The notes under the pieces were generated by a model. It saw only the letters and a program-made list of their open reading frames with translations. It had not been told where the DNA came from and made no database searches. Shown here piece by piece: positions 33,900-48,059 of a stretch of DNA of 64,000 nt (the stretch's first letter is position 1; every line of letters starts with the position of its first letter). This stretch comes from Raillietiella orientalis (lineage: Eukaryota). A program made the translations under genes and the position numbers. The stretch spans positions 868,001 through 932,000 of the forward strand of contig JAYWIR010000006.1 of assembly GCA_036172245.1 (NCBI GenBank), read 5' to 3'.

Positions 33900-36370
33900 A
33901 AGGGATGAGCTTAAGGTTAAGGGGAGAAGGCCAGGTGGTGCAAACGGAATCACGTGCTGTTGGAAACAGTGTGGGGAAACGAATGATAAAGTTTCCGGGT
34001 CCCTCTTAGAGTCCAGACTTCCATGAAACCAGGATAAGACTACCTTCCCATATGTGAAGTCTAATGAAGATATCCCAGAGGCAACCCGTCTCGAAAGTAA
34101 ACAAAGTGGCTCTGATCAAATCTCCTGGGAAGGGTTATAGGGAACGAAACAGCTCCCTGAGAAGGACGTGTGGCCTCAGGTTGGCTCATTTAAAGGATTA
34201 ACAAGTGTTCCCAGCGGTCTTCTGCAAATCGGGCAACACTCGAAAATGGTGCTGAGCGTCTATCGGTATGTCGAAGTTTTTCGGAAAATTGATGCTGTTA
34301 GACGGTCGACCTCATCTGCGGAAAATCAGGATCACTTTCCCGTTGGGTTCTTGCGAGCCCGAAGTGCCGGAACCGGTCGACTTTGCTCTGCGACAACGGC
34401 AGGAATGCGAGAGGGGGGCTGTGGAGGTCCTCAGCCACTAATGCAGCTTGCGTTGTGTGAGTGGGCGCAGCGTCGGCTCTGTTCGAAGAGCCAGGAGTAC
34501 ATCGGAAGGACTGCAAGTGAACAAACAGCATTTCAAGAGTTGGGCTTCTGTGGATGACTGTCTTTTCCTTGTTGGACACAAGAGCAAACAAAAGGGGCAC
34601 TATGGAGGCAGTGATTACTGTGGAGCAAGATCGACGTCCAAAGTCAACTCACTGATGGTGCAGCATGCAAAATCCGGAAAGCTCAGGACTTTAGTGTAGA
34701 AAAGCAAATCAGGTCTGTAGGGCTGTAAGCCCAACAGACCTGATTTGGCGAAACACTGGTGGCGACCCCATAGTGGAGAGCATACAAAGTGGGGACGATG
34801 GAAATCCTTTTGGGTCCTTCTGTATTCGCTGTTTTCCTTCCTGCTCTTCCTTTTTTTGAATTTTTTTCGGGAAGTTTGCTAAATACTGAAGAACCGTTCA
34901 TCTCTGTAGGGTAGGACGGTTCTTTATGACCTTATCCATTCCACCTGAGGGTGGGTGCCACTCTTCAAGTTATAGGGAGTGTCCGGGAGGGGACCATCCT
35001 ATGAATCCAGGAAGGCTCCGGCGGAAGGAGTCGTTTCCGTTGTCCTTTTTGTGATCCTGGAATACCACAGAACAACACAAAGGGAGCAGAAAAGGGAACG
35101 AAATCAAGCAACGGTGTGCGAGACAAGACGTTCCTATGGGAACCCACAACGGAAAACCCACCTTACAAAGTGTTCCTTTGTATTATCCAACGAAATCCAA
35201 GAACGTCGCAGAAGATATCGGATATCCAAGTACGCCTCGCACTCAAGCGAAGTGAGTTGTAGACCTGCTAGGGAAATTAGAAGATGAAACGGATTCTCCT
35301 TGAGAAATTATATGGGAAGCTTCAATCTTTGAAGAGAAGTTTTCAAGCCTCCTACCCATGCGCTCAAAAAAAAAGAAAAGAAAAAAGGACGTACATAAGG
35401 CTGTAAGTACAAGGGTAACACCACGTCTGTGGACCATGCCTTTATCGTGTTGGATTTTGCTGCGGAAGTGAAGCCTGCCAGTGAGAATTTAGGACGAACT
35501 GCAGAGACTGCACCGTTGAGGCTCACAGTGCAATACAACGCAGAAAGTGGTACACGAAATTTATGTGACGAAACCTGCCGGGAACACGGAGGAATCGAAA
35601 TCCACATCTCGGGCTGCGAAGCATGAGACCGAGTCAGCACCCCAAGGAAAAACCCATTGTGGGCCCTCCCTACACAAATGGTTTTCCTGCACGCATTCCC
35701 ACGGTTATGATTCTCATCCATTTGAACTTATTCGTAGCGGCAGTCCTGGCTAGAGGACACTGAATATACCTCAAAAAGAGTCGGATACCAGCCAGCAGCA
35801 CTGTTCGATATCCAGCATCCAGAGCAAGACAGACAGCGGTGCCAGTACGGCAGCTCACACCTAGCAGCAGTGATCCAGAGTGTATCTCAAGACCTTGGAA
35901 CCTCAACCAAACGAATCCAAATTCGTTGCAGAAAACTCCTTTATGGTAATCAGAGATGAAAGATCGAAGCGAAACGGTACGGTGGAACGGGGTCCACCGG
36001 AGGGTTCTCCTCTCTTCCTTCCAGCTTCCACCAGCACTCAAGGAACCGTCCGCTTAGGAACTCACGTTTTCCACGTCATCCGAGGGCGCGTGGTAAATCC
36101 TCATGCATGTTGGAGGGTGATCCACGGAGAGGACCACCCTATGAACCCAGGAAGGGCGGGCGTTCCTCTCACGCGTGGGAGGGAATCCCGAAGGGAACCA
36201 TTTCTTCCTTATTCTCACCGGAAGGACTCCCAGGATACGTTCGCTTCGCTTTTTCTTCTCTTAAGGGAACCTGAAAAAGAATCTGCTCTTGGAATTCCTC
36301 CTCCGGAGAACATCCGCTCCCTGTTTCCTCCTCTGAAGAGAACCCCGAAGGGAGACCAGCCATCATTCGA
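33900..36370 (-). mobile_element. Cluster of L1-like ORF2 relics (RT core ~33900-34560; post-RT pieces ~34750-35110 and ~35750-36370)
   Basis: CCTTCCTGGATTCATAGG..CCCTATAACTT.AGAGTG segment shared with 41400-41480 and 7390-7430; GGGGTTCTCTTCAGAGGAGGAAAC segment shared with 7710-7740 and 62760. Confidence 0.6.
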
Positions 36371-37429
36371 AAGAAACCGTAGCCACACGTCCGCCAACGC
36401 GGGCCCCAAAGCAGGGAAGTCTCAGAACTGCATCCTGTTCCTTGTATGAAGAATACCGGGAAACCTGGAATCCGCTCGTCTCTTGAGATCTCAAGGATTC
36501 CATAGACTGCTAGGATACCTCGGTTTCCAAAGAAAGCCTCTGGTCAGGTGGCTGGTGACAAGAGGCTTTTCGCTTTTCTGCAACCATGCTGGAGCGAACA
36601 AGAGGACTTTGCCCCGAGTTCCACCCTGACAGCTGCCGAAATGCTTGCTCTTTTGTTCTGTCCGTTTAGAGGTCAGTTAAACCCGACGGAACCGTAACTG
36701 GCTCCGCCGTAACAACATCGGGTTTCTTTCTGCTGCTAGAACTCGCCACTGCAGGTCAGTGGTGTCCCCGTAGCAAGCAACAGCAACGAGGAAAATTTCC
36801 CATCTTTCGTTATCGAGGTTTCCCAGTTGGGGTTGAGGACAGCAATCCCCAATATTGCAACGCGGCACACCGCAGTGTTCCTCTTCTTCCTTGAGACTTT
36901 CCCTTTCCTTCGCCATTCCTGTTCAAAAACGCATTTCAGAGATCAGCGAAATGAGTTGACGAAATAAAGAGAAATTCACATATAAAGAAATATATCAGAT
37001 GAATATACATTCACATATATATATTTATTGATATATATATATAGATAGATTAATAGACGGATTAACACGTATCATGAAGATTGAAAAAAATAAAAGCATA
37101 GGCTTATTATGTGTATTCACATACATCAAGTGGATATATAAATACCGAATTTTTAAGAATGAAAAATAATAAGGCGACGAAAGGTCAAATAAAATGAAAT
37201 GAAAAGATAAATAAAATGAAATGGAAGGTCAGTGTCATTCTCATGGAAGCTGGCGTTTGATTCCCTTGGAGGCGCGTTGCTGGAGTTGCATTAGGGATCC
37301 CTGACAGTCCGTGAGCAGCTTCCAGCTCGAGAAGGGAAACGCCATCTTTACGATGCTGAGGGCGCAAATCAGCTAGGATTTCAGGTTTCCTTTTTTTGTT
37401 GGCTTTGATTCTGAATGCGAAAGCATCTC

Positions 37430-38330
37430 AGGAATAAGAAGTGAGCGACAGCAACGAAATCTCTTCCACAGGAGGACTCGATATCACAGGAAAAGGAAAG
37501 GAAAGGAAGGGGCCAAGAAGAAAGAAGCCAGAGCGAATTCTGGCCGCATTCTGTTTGCCGCGTGCCCGCACAGTTTGTTTCCAGTTAGAATATCCTTGAG
37601 ACTGCAGCTTCAGCAGCAATCAACCTGCATTATAAATTCAAATTCATTGTCACGTAATAGCATGTCATGTATTCCCCGAGATTCGCCCTCCGGGAATTCT
37701 TGTTCCGAAGGCCTAAAAACCATCAGCGCTCGCACATCTGAGCAGCCATATCGCCAGGAAGAATGCCAGTGACGTTGCCATTATCAGATATCAGGCAGGT
37801 ATGGTTGCTATTGACGATTTGGTACAATGTTCAGTCTTTGAACACGCCTGCTTCAGGTTTTTCATCTCCGACTTTGTTTGTTCGTTTGTTTGTTTTTAAA
37901 AAAAAAATCCAGTTCATTCAGTTCACTTTTTCTCTTTTTATATCAGTGTGCTCTCTTTTCCTCTTCTATCGAAGAAGGAAAGATGGACCTGATTTGGTCA
38001 GCACCCTTGCAAACAACGGGCATTGCTGCCCGAGTAGAAATTTCGCTGAAGGTATTAAGCAACCGGCAGGAATGCAAAAAAGAAATATGGCTGCCCAGCC
38101 GTAATGACACTTCCGGCTGGCACGAAGGATGCTGAAAAGGTAAATGGTGTTCGGATTTCTCGCTCCTCCGAGTACAGAGCAGCCAGCGATCGTGCACAGG
38201 AGCCAATGCGAGCAATCAGCTCGGCCCGTGGAACGCCGTGATTCCAGAAGCGCCAGGATGAAAGTGGATTTAGGCACCAGGCGCTAAGGCTGGAAGCTAA
38301 CCGAGTGCCAGGTCTCAACGGTGCAGCAGA
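37430..38330 (-). mobile_element. CR1/L2/Jockey-like RT relic
   Basis: HGVPRAELIARIGS...SFVPAGSVI..PYFF parallels xGIxGxLLxWIxS...GVPQGSVLGPxLF. Confidence 0.45.
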
Positions 38331-40079
38331 TAACCGGGACGACCCAACGTACATTCCCCGATGCTCCACGGCTGTACATTCTCTTCAGGGAAGCGAAATG
38401 GCATGCAGGTGGACCTATGTGACGCGTTTCCTTCTACCAACCCCTGGATGAATGTAGTGTACGACCTCGTCAGAGAGAGAGGGAGAGAGAGAGAGAGGAA
38501 AAGTAGTCGCAGATGCCAGCGGAATGATAATGGACCATCGATGCAGAATTTCCATTCCAGTTGAGGAGAGCCCTAAGTGGTAGTGTGGAGCTGTGAATCA
38601 CCTCAATTTTCCACACTCGCTGTTTTTCTGTCATGCACGGAAAAGGATTCTGTGTGCTCGATGGCTCACGGTATGCTTCAGATCAGTGAGAGCAGAAAAA
38701 TTAGAAAGGCGAATGGAACGGTTCACAGAGCGTTCGGCTGCAGCGTGTGAAAGGAAGCAAGGAGGAGAGAACCGGTTTCCTAAACGCTGCTCTCCGAAAC
38801 TCATCCGCTGGGTCGGAATCTGCGATGATCTCGCGTGTTTCTGGGAAACCTCGCTTAGGACTGCAGAGCGAGATTGGCTTCGGAAGAGAAGGTACAGCGG
38901 CCGATGCAGTCCTTCGAACATGGATACCGCAGGACCGAGCTGGAACTCGAAGATGCAGATGACCAACCTGCATCCGCTCCGCGCGACTCTCCGAGAGCAG
39001 ACCGCGAGGATTGACGCACCGCTCCCAACCGGCGGATCCCTCTTGCCACGGTTTCGGTGCTCATCTTGAGGAAGCCATGCTGTTTGCTTGGTTGCTCTCT
39101 CTCTCTCTCTCTTTGTTCACGAGGGAAGACGCTTTCCTTCGTTTCCTCTTGTTTTCGGAGCACAGAATCCTCGTTTCGTGCTATTGCTTTGTCCGAATCT
39201 GCTCCTTCCTTTGGCCGAAAGGTGAATTTCTTGGTGATGAAACTTCTGAAGACGGCAGACCTTAATGATGCGGGAAAACAAACAAACAAACAAACAAACG
39301 AACCGTTCTTTCCATTTTGATGGGAAGCAGAAATTCTTTTTCCTTTTTTTCGGCACACGAAGAAGGTGCTTGTACAAATAGAGCAGGAGCGAAAACCGGA
39401 TGCCAGAGGTGAGAAAGTGCAATCATTCTTTTCCTCGTGATGTCAGACAAGTTGTACGACTACAATTCGCAGCACAAGATCTATCTTCTTTGGGAACGAT
39501 AAGCATCTACGAGACTAATCTAGGAAAATTGAAAGCAGTTCTCATCCAAGAGGTCCATATACACCCGGTAAAAAGGTGCCGGATAAATTTCTTAGTTTTT
39601 CCCTCCAGTGCTATTCACCGATAAATATGCCTGCTAGAATGATCCTTTAAATCTTGATTATCTTTTAAATCTTGAACTGAGACATTTTAAATCTACAATG
39701 GATGCATATGCTTGATTTGCCTTGATGGATGCGGCATCCAATCCCGGTCTCTTTCATTTTGATGCTCTTTCCAGAAAATCTCAAGAAGCTCAGGTGAATC
39801 GCTCGTGGTAATACCCGACGCTCGGAACACATGGCTGCGACGACTCTTGATTGGGCTGACGGGCAAGCTCTGGAGTTCAGCTGCATCCGACAGAGCACGT
39901 ATCATCCAAGAGCATGAACCTCCAAGTACTGCCATGTTCAAAATTGTTGCAAAAAATGTGCCAGAAAAGCCGTTTCGAGACAGAGGAACACTGAAATGAA
40001 ATAAGATACTCCTACACAAATATGTTGTTGAAAACATCGGACGGTTCGTCAGAGGGAGGAACTGCAAGCGAACTGCGGT

Positions 40080-40900
40080 CTCAACTAAGCTCGCTGAGGC
40101 ACTTACCCCCGCCGCCCTCCCCAAAGGAACTCGTCACTAGGAGGAAATCCTGGACAACCCCTCGTGTTTGTGGACAGCTCCACGCTTCCCCTGACGTGGC
40201 AGGGCTCCGCATTGCAGCTGTGGCACCGTGCGATCCCATGCGACGCGCGGGTCCATCACTGGACGAGGAGGAGGGAAATCCTCCCTCTCCTGTTGCCGGT
40301 TTGCGTCGTTGCCCTCTTAAGTGTCCAGGAACGCGTCGCTGCGGCCCTCCTACTCCCGATGGCCAACGGCAGAGAGGGTTTTGGGGCGGTGCCTCTTCGA
40401 GAGTGACTCGATGTCTCCTGCAGCTTCCCTTGCAGTTCCGTGCTGCCTCCGTGGGATGGCGGCGGCGAGAAGCCGAGCCGAAAGAGGCCAGTCGAACGGT
40501 GAGGTCATCGCAATCGCCTGCTCCTTCGTGAGGAAGGCGACCGGATGGCCACATCTCTGCCAACAAAAGGAGGAAGCGGACCACATTCTCCAGAGGATGC
40601 GGAGGATGCCAGGAAGAAACCCATGATCCTTTTCCTTCCCCCATCCCCCTCAACGTACTTTTAAACCAAACTTTTGTGTGTATGTGTGTTTTTTTTGTTT
40701 ACCCCTTCCCCCACTCCTCCTGTGCGGACCTCATCGGTGAGCCGCTCACGAGAAGCGGCGCTTTCGAGGCGTTTCCCTTCGTGGTGTTGATGGGAAAAAA
40801 AGAAATACGAAGAAAGGCATTTTTATATTTTATATGACCGTTTTTTTTTGTAAATAGTTTTTTCACAATAAACTCCCCGACGTGACCGGGTGAAGATAAA
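40080..40900 (+). mobile_element. L1/Tx1-like 3' fragment
   Basis: WHRAIPCDARVHHWTR is homologous to the 6950 copy; T-rich UTR; AATAAACTCCCCGACGTGACCGGGTG at 40867-40892. Confidence 0.8.
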
Positions 40901-40904
40901 GGAT

Positions 40905-41500
40905 CAACGCCAGAGACATGGGTGAGTCGTGGGTTTCGAGTCCCCCCCGAACGATAACGCTGGTTGGCTTATATTCGGGTGTGGCACTGGTGGAAGCCGA
41001 AAAACCAGATGTCCCTGATGGGTGGCCGGGATTGGAAGTCGACTCTCTGGGGTTCTTCCAGGAATCAGAATCAGGGATTCCGGTTCCCCTAGGGGTTTCC
41101 CTCCGGTTGTGGAAGTGGACCCTCCATTTCGTGCCATGGAACTGACTCCTTTCCAGAGTGTCAAGAAAAGTCCTGCTCTTCTCGGGGAGCGCCTTTCAGA
41201 GAAACTGGGAAGCATCCTTTCGGGGCTGTCTTTAGAGTAGGAGGAAACGAAGAGGGGTGTTCCCTTGCGGGTTCCTTTCGGAGAAGGAAACTAGGAGTAG
41301 CTCCCTCTGGATCGAAAGGGTCCCTCCGAAGAGAATAAGAAGTTCCCTTGGAGGTCCACCCCGCCTCCAAGCTTAAGAGGAAGGGACTCCTTCCCCCGGA
41401 CCCTTCCTGGATTCATAGGTGGTCCCTACGGGGCTATTCCCTATAACTTCGAGAGTGACACGCACCCTGAGGTGGCGTGGACAGTGTTCAAGAGATTCGT
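40905..41500 (+). mobile_element. L1/Tx1-like post-RT ORF2 fragment directly abutting the previous 3' end
   Basis: DNA homology to 7700-8070(-), 50260-50760(+) and 62420-63010(+); TLHFVPW motif. Confidence 0.75.
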
Positions 41501-42949
41501 GAGCCCCCAGGCGAACGGTTCATGAGTAATTAGCAATTCCCTCTTCGCCCCTCCCCCCCAAAAAAAATTAGCTGACGGGACCCCTGCTGCAAGATGAACG
41601 TGCGAATAATCTCCACCGAGAAGGATGCTTTCTGCCCACATTTTTTAACGACTGTCCTACAAATTTGTGGCAGTCACGTGGTGAGTCCGCACCACAGTCC
41701 ACAAGGCGAAGCGGAATGATTGGGTGTGGTCAAGCGTGAGGCATGGCGGTGGCGCTGTCGTCTGAAGCAGCGGGAAAGCGTCACAGCTTTGCCACACAAA
41801 GGCACATCCCCGTCGTGGAAACGGAAGTGTCAGCACACGTGCAGCATGTCTCCGCTGTTCCCTCCCTTCTTCTTCCCTGAACGTAACGTTCAGGATCCAC
41901 ATCGAAGCAGTTGTGGATCTCTCTTCGAGGTACAGCCTGGATCACGTAAAATTATGCTTGAATTCTTTGAGGTCACAACCTGAGCAAAATTCCGATTGCT
42001 TGCGGTTGTGAAATGTTTTCATGAGGTTCCTTGGAAACGGATCTCGTTCACTTTGACATACGCCTAGGATCTTTTTCCTCTCACGTCTGCATGTAGCAAT
42101 CTGCTTCCGACGAGAATGCAGCAAAGACGAAAGTTGCATGTAACTCTACAAAAAAAACTTCTAGTCTTTCGAAATGCACTTCCGCGCTCTCCCCTCCCAC
42201 AGATGCATGGATGTCATTTTTTTGTGTGTGTGCACTTTGACATTTGCTAGGCACACAAAGGTGGAGGCACTCTATGCTCTGGAGACATGGATCACAGAAA
42301 GAAAGCTTCATTTCTGAAGATAAGTTCTGGAGGTAACTAGCTTCAACCTCTTTCCTGTACGCTGGTTTACACAGTGAGTAATGGATAGGTGGTCATCGCT
42401 CAAAGAGGCTTGCTCACCTATCAGGATGATCAATCTGTTTTCATCGCCTAAATGAAATCCGAAAGGTCGAATACGCCTCGCGAGACCGGAACTCGGAAAC
42501 CCATGGAAACGCACTCGCAAGTAAACGCGGAAATGAAGGCGCATGCATCCAGTGAAAACTCATTGCCTCGTGATATGAGCTGCAGATGCCCTCCCCGCAG
42601 CACAAAGAAGTCATCGCTCATGTCCGGAAAATCGGAAAATCCGAATAGCGAGGAATTCGCTCCAGGTGGCCATCCCTTAATAAAAAGCCGCTCGTCCCTG
42701 GTCTCAGTCCACAAGCTCCAGTCATGTCATCGAGGAGTATGTACTAAAAATGTGCAAAACCCTCAGTAAGCTTCGTACAAGTTACCGTCTTCCTGCAACA
42801 GATTTCAATCCTTGCAAAAAAAAAAAATCCAAACAGTTCATGGGAAATTCACGATCTTAGCTGGTCTTCACTTGGAACCGAGCTGCAGGAACCCCTGAGC
42901 ATGAATTCCTGATGATGAGTGGTCGACTTTCTCTCCGTTTTCTGACCGC

Positions 42950-45300
42950 TAATTGCCGTCTCAGGTTCGATACATGCAAGAGCATCCTCAAGGAGATGCA
43001 TATGTAATTTCAAATCCAGCAATGGACGCGAGGATTCCAAAATCGATGATCCTCAATATCGATGATGCCTCCTTCCCTCCAGAAAGAGTTCAAGAAGCTC
43101 AGGTACGTTGCTGATAGTAACGTCAGAGAAGATATATGAGGAGCAAGTTTTTCCCAGCTCGGCAAACGAGGCACACAACTGTCAGTTCACAGCAGCACAC
43201 TGAAAGGCATCCTAAATCAAGGGAGGGATTATTTCGACGAGTTTCCTTACGTATCCCTTTCGTTTCGTTTGAGTCATGCTTTGAGATGAGAACAAGCTGC
43301 GAGATAAACGGGATTCGTTGACTCTTGGTCTTCTACCTACGAAAGCTCCCCAAAGTGATGGATATTTGAATTGGCCTTCTTAGCAAAGGTGCTGCAACCA
43401 CAGTTAGGTAACCAGCGACCTCCTTCTGATGAAAATTAATGTCAACCTTTAAACCGTCAGCAAAGATTATAAATGTGATCAAAACTTTCTATTGGAGAGT
43501 TATCAGGACGAACTCTAGCAGAGTGTTCTATTTGCCCTTAGCCCATTCTGAAGCTGCAAATGCGTTGAGACCTTGTGGGATATTTGGGGCTTCTTCTACG
43601 TCATATGGGCTTCCTCTACGTCAAGAGATGCCATCACAGCAGTTTTTTGGAGCAAAGGAGGCGAAGGAAAAAAATGCCAGATTTGAAAGGCTAAGATCAA
43701 TCAGTAAGAGCCTTTTACTTTCCCATGGTGAACACTCACTGTTCAGTCCTAAAAATTCATCATCCTGGGATACGCGCTGCTGCAGTTTCGAAACCTCAAA
43801 AATAAAATCTCACAGCTATTGCAAGGATTCTGGATGTTTGCACGAGATGAACTCATCTCAAGTTCAAAAGATAGCATCCTATTTCACTGTGAGGATTTTT
43901 TTTTTCTAGAAAATTCAGACTGCGTCTCAAAAAGACCTCCCAAGCGATTGAAGACAAGCATCATCGTCCACAATCTCTGATGCGAACCACGGATGTATCC
44001 CTTTAATGCCTGCGCATCAATGAACAGCTTCACCGGACACACCTCAGGTGACATGGACATGGAGAAAGCAGCTGCCGAGTCCGAAGATGAATTTGTTGTT
44101 AATCGACTAATGGAATACGGAAATTCCATAGCCATGTTTAAAACCACCCCCAAAGTTCGATAACTTGGATACGTAAAATCCCGATATGGATGGAAGCGTG
44201 GGATTTATTGACCTAGATTTAATAAGCTGCTTTGTTTTTTTTGGCCTGCCACCTAGCATTCCATTTCTCTTTTTTTTTTTTCCTCCGTTTTCACCACATG
44301 GCCTCAGTGAACAACTCGTGTAATAATAATAGTTTTCCTTTCGAGCTAGATGGGAGGCATCAGGTACAAGTCTTATATTTACATACAATGCTCATTCCAT
44401 GTGCGCATCTCGTGAACACTTCCGCTTGGTAGAATCACTCGTTTCTAAGGAAGGCAGCCGCTTCTTCTCCGAGCGTTGTCAGTGCTGTGGGACACTTGAG
44501 GAAGCACAACTGATTTCATTGCTCGGCAATTATGAGTGGCCGTGGACAGCACTGAGCCCCCTTGCAAATTGTTCCAGTGCAGCACAATAAAGACAACCTT
44601 GAACAAGGATGCTGGCTGGTCCCAGCACCTGCTGTGGGTTGATCCTCTACTCCATGACACTGGGAAATGAAACGGCGCGGACACACGCTGCTGGGAAGTT
44701 TTCTTGTACGTTTTGAAAGCAGGAGCGGAAAAGTTGCGATGTTCCTCGAAGCTGAGGAGATCAGCAAAGCTCACTCCAGCGTTTTCCAGGGCTTTCGTGG
44801 ACCCCCACGGAAAATCAACAGCTGTTCGGTGAATCCGTTTTATCTTCCGGCACTGCCATCCGGCAAGAAAGCTGGTGGCTGTGCCGGAGATCGAGAGCGC
44901 CTCCCGAAGAAGGGAAGGGAGTACCTGCTGAACCATCACAATGAGGGAACCTTGTTGTGTCCATGCTTGTTTGGAAATGCCTGCTTGAAATCTTGCACAA
45001 CATGAGCTTGAGAAGTCTCAGTCCTGCACCCGCGGGCCATTTCCCATTTCCCTGGGATAAGACCCGAGGGTGTGTTCTTTCCTCAGAATGGAAATCGGCA
45101 GCGAGCAGCCGAAAGCAAACTGCATGTGTTGCTGGTTGGACCCCTGAGCCCCAGCCGAAGTGCGGCTGCAAGGATGCGCTGCTCCAAGAAGACATTGCGT
45201 TTGACAACGCCTCCGCTCCACAATGAGCCATCGCGATCGCACACCTCATTACCTCTTAATGAGCTCCTGGATAACTTTCGAACTTGAGCGCCAAGAATGT
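42950..45300 (-). mobile_element. Degenerate non-LTR RT relics (CR1/L2/RTE-like)
   Basis: AVMASLDVEEA..NIP..VAAPLL at 43380-43650; VDFPWGSTKALE..QQRV..ASLF at 44600-44830; 43075-43105 is repeated at 39770-39800. Confidence 0.45.
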
Positions 45301-47339
45301 GCTATGGAAACACTGAGGACTGCAACATTTGTAACACAGGCGCAGTACCGTTGCCTTATTAACTGAATTTAAAGGAATGAAATTTGACCTGATACCCTGG
45401 CAGCACGCCCCTTCGCCTTCAAGAACTTGAGATATGCAGAAAGCACACTGTATTCCTGCAGGTCATCCACATGTCCACTACTGTTGTGTTTGCAAAAGGA
45501 AACGCATTTGAATCCTCGACCTAATGTGAATCTTGGTACTTACTCACGCCAGAGTAAGATTGCGGCCTGCAACCCAAGCAACGACCATCGCCTCCTCTCT
45601 TTCCGATCATGCTCTTTGAAACCTGAAGATGCGGTGAAAACCAGGAATCTCATTCCTATCTCCACTGAAGCAGAATTCTATTTATCTATTTTTGGATCGA
45701 TCATCTGAAGTTGCGTTTCGTAAAAACATAAGGTCGACAGAAGCGAATGGTCGACATGCCTTGGTTTTGGGACTCCCCGCCCAGGATCCAAATCACTTCC
45801 TTGTCGTGTCCTCACGCTGAAGAACGAGGTGAGCGAAATTTGGTCCAATCCACGATGCACGGAAAGAACAGAGCTTCCAGGGAAGGAGCACGAAGACAGG
45901 ACATCGCGCTGCTCGAGTTCGAAACCTCGATTCCGAACACTCAGATCTCTCTATAAAAGTGAGACTGTTGCTGAGTTTCCGAACTCCCTTCGAAAGAACG
46001 GGGATGTGCGTCTGCTTTTGAGCCTTCGTCGTGATGAAAGGCTGTGCAGTGGTGCTAATACATGACTGATTCTTTGAGAAACTCCAATTTTCCATCATCA
46101 ATCAAGGATGCTGTCTCATTAGAGCTCTACCTCTTTGTTTGCTCATCTGATCATCTTACAGGCAGCCACCAGGAATGGAACGTGAAATTTTCATCTTCAA
46201 TCCTTGTTTTTGTGTGTGTGTTGTAACAGTTTTGAATTGCAGCCTCTTATCTGATGATATTTCGTGAAGTAGTTCAAAGCAACGCAGAGCAAACATCTAG
46301 CACAGCGCCGAATGCCGCAACAAGCCTTCGTCGCTCACGGCCATATTTGTGTGCATGAGGTATTTGAGTAGAAATGGCTTTCGGTACACACTTTTCGGGA
46401 GAAGTAAGAAGTCTTCTGGGTGAACTTCGATGGATGATCCAAAAGCCAGAAATGACGATGCGTGACTGCGGACAGTTCGGCACGAGTGGTGATTGCCACA
46501 GAATGCGACTGTATCGCGCTGCATCACGAAAATGATGAGAAGATTCAGCCACAGGGTCCGCAAGCTGTGGAAACCTCAACTGATGTTTCCAAACCGATGC
46601 GTAGCTCCTGATCACCAGAACCAACATCCGCGAGGAAATGGAAGGAGGAAACCAATGAAGGGCTCACTGGACAAGGCCATCTACCGCTATGTGATGAACC
46701 TGCTATCGGTCGGCATAACGGCATGGAGGAGCAACGTACCACCGGACACTCAGAATGATGACCTCCTGATGTACTGACACAGAGGAATCCTGGGTGGCTC
46801 CAGTATGAAGTTTCGGGCAGGCAACAGCCAAGACAAGCTCTGCAAAGCATGCGGAGACAGGTAAACCTAGCTTCATGTTCTCACCTGCCGACGCTGCTTC
46901 AGGATCGAACAGCCTTCAGTCGACCTCGAAGGTGAAGATCTTGGCGGGAGTCGTTTGAAAGAAAAGGAAAGGTACCCCGAAACAATCCCGTGGTCCGCAC
47001 CACCACCGCCCTCTTCATCGCGAGCATCATGATAAGAAGGGGGAAGATGCGGAACACCGGAGCAATAGTGCCTGCGACGGACATCCTCCAAGGAGTGATT
47101 CGGAAAGAGATTGGAATCAGGAACTGCAACTCACACCTTGAAGAAGATGGCGGATTCTGCCCAAGTGAGCGAACTGGACACCAGACCCTAGTCACTTCCC
47201 CAACAGAGCAAAATCCTGAACGTGAAGAAAAGAAAGTGACACCCAGTTGCTTGAAAGTTTGCTTGCAGAAACACTCGACAAAGTCCCTGAGAGATGTGTG
47301 AATGGTGGATTTGTATGGAGGATGTTTAAAACATTCGCA

Positions 47340-48040
47340 TTATTGCTTGTCAGACCTGAGGAAAAGCTGAATGCACTTTGAAAAGCATTTCCACAAGGCT
47401 AGGAGCGCAAGCCTCCAGAAGAGCGGTGCACCCTGTAGTGTGGGATCGAGCAGCTGGAAATTCCCATTTTCACCAAGCAACTTTCCATGCTGCAGGCCGA
47501 TTGCAAGCGTTCTTCCCCTAATGAGGAATATCCGAACAGATGGTAGTGCTGTTTGTGAATGTCCCGTGGAATCAAAAACCAGGTTCTCTTTTCCTCTGCA
47601 AGAATCGGAACCTCTTTCTTTTTCGCGAAGGACCTCCATGGATGGCCAATCGAGTTATCTGGCCGATAACTTACACCCTACAAACTGCTTCCGTGTGGTA
47701 GCTGGTTATTTCCGTCTTGCTTCAGCTAAGAGTCTTCCTCCTGGGAAATGACTTTTTGTTCGGTGGAATGCCCCCCCATCCCAATTGGTAGATTGGAAAA
47801 GGACGGGAGTTTCAGCTTTCGGTGCTCTGTGGTCCAGCTTACTGAGAAAGCCCCTGTGATTCTCGAAAGGAAAACATCCTGCTGCAGAAATGCTGGAACT
47901 TTAGTAAAACGAAGCATCTCAATGGTTGCTGGACAGGACTGGAAATCGGAAATTTGCTTCATTCATGACCACCCAAATTCATTGCGAGGATTCGCACTCG
48001 GTTTGTCGCTGATTTCTTTTCCAAACAAGAACAAATGAAT
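47340..48040 (-). mobile_element. CR1-like ORF2 C-terminal relic
   Basis: LDWPSMEVLRE resembles the LxWxSLExRR motif of CR1-group ORF2. Confidence 0.4.
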
Positions 48041-48059
48041 AGGACGTGAGGATCACCAA

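Noticed and set aside
36680..36918. Possible minus-strand exon; similarly the 55121-55306 plus-strand ORF
   Set aside because: Protein-like composition, but no recognisable domain and no partner exons.
43380..43700. Penelope-like RT (SLDV..PNIP)
   Set aside because: Downstream spacing to an APLL motif fits LINE RT domains 3-4 better; the apparent motif is distorted by a 20-bp tandem duplication at 43587-43623.
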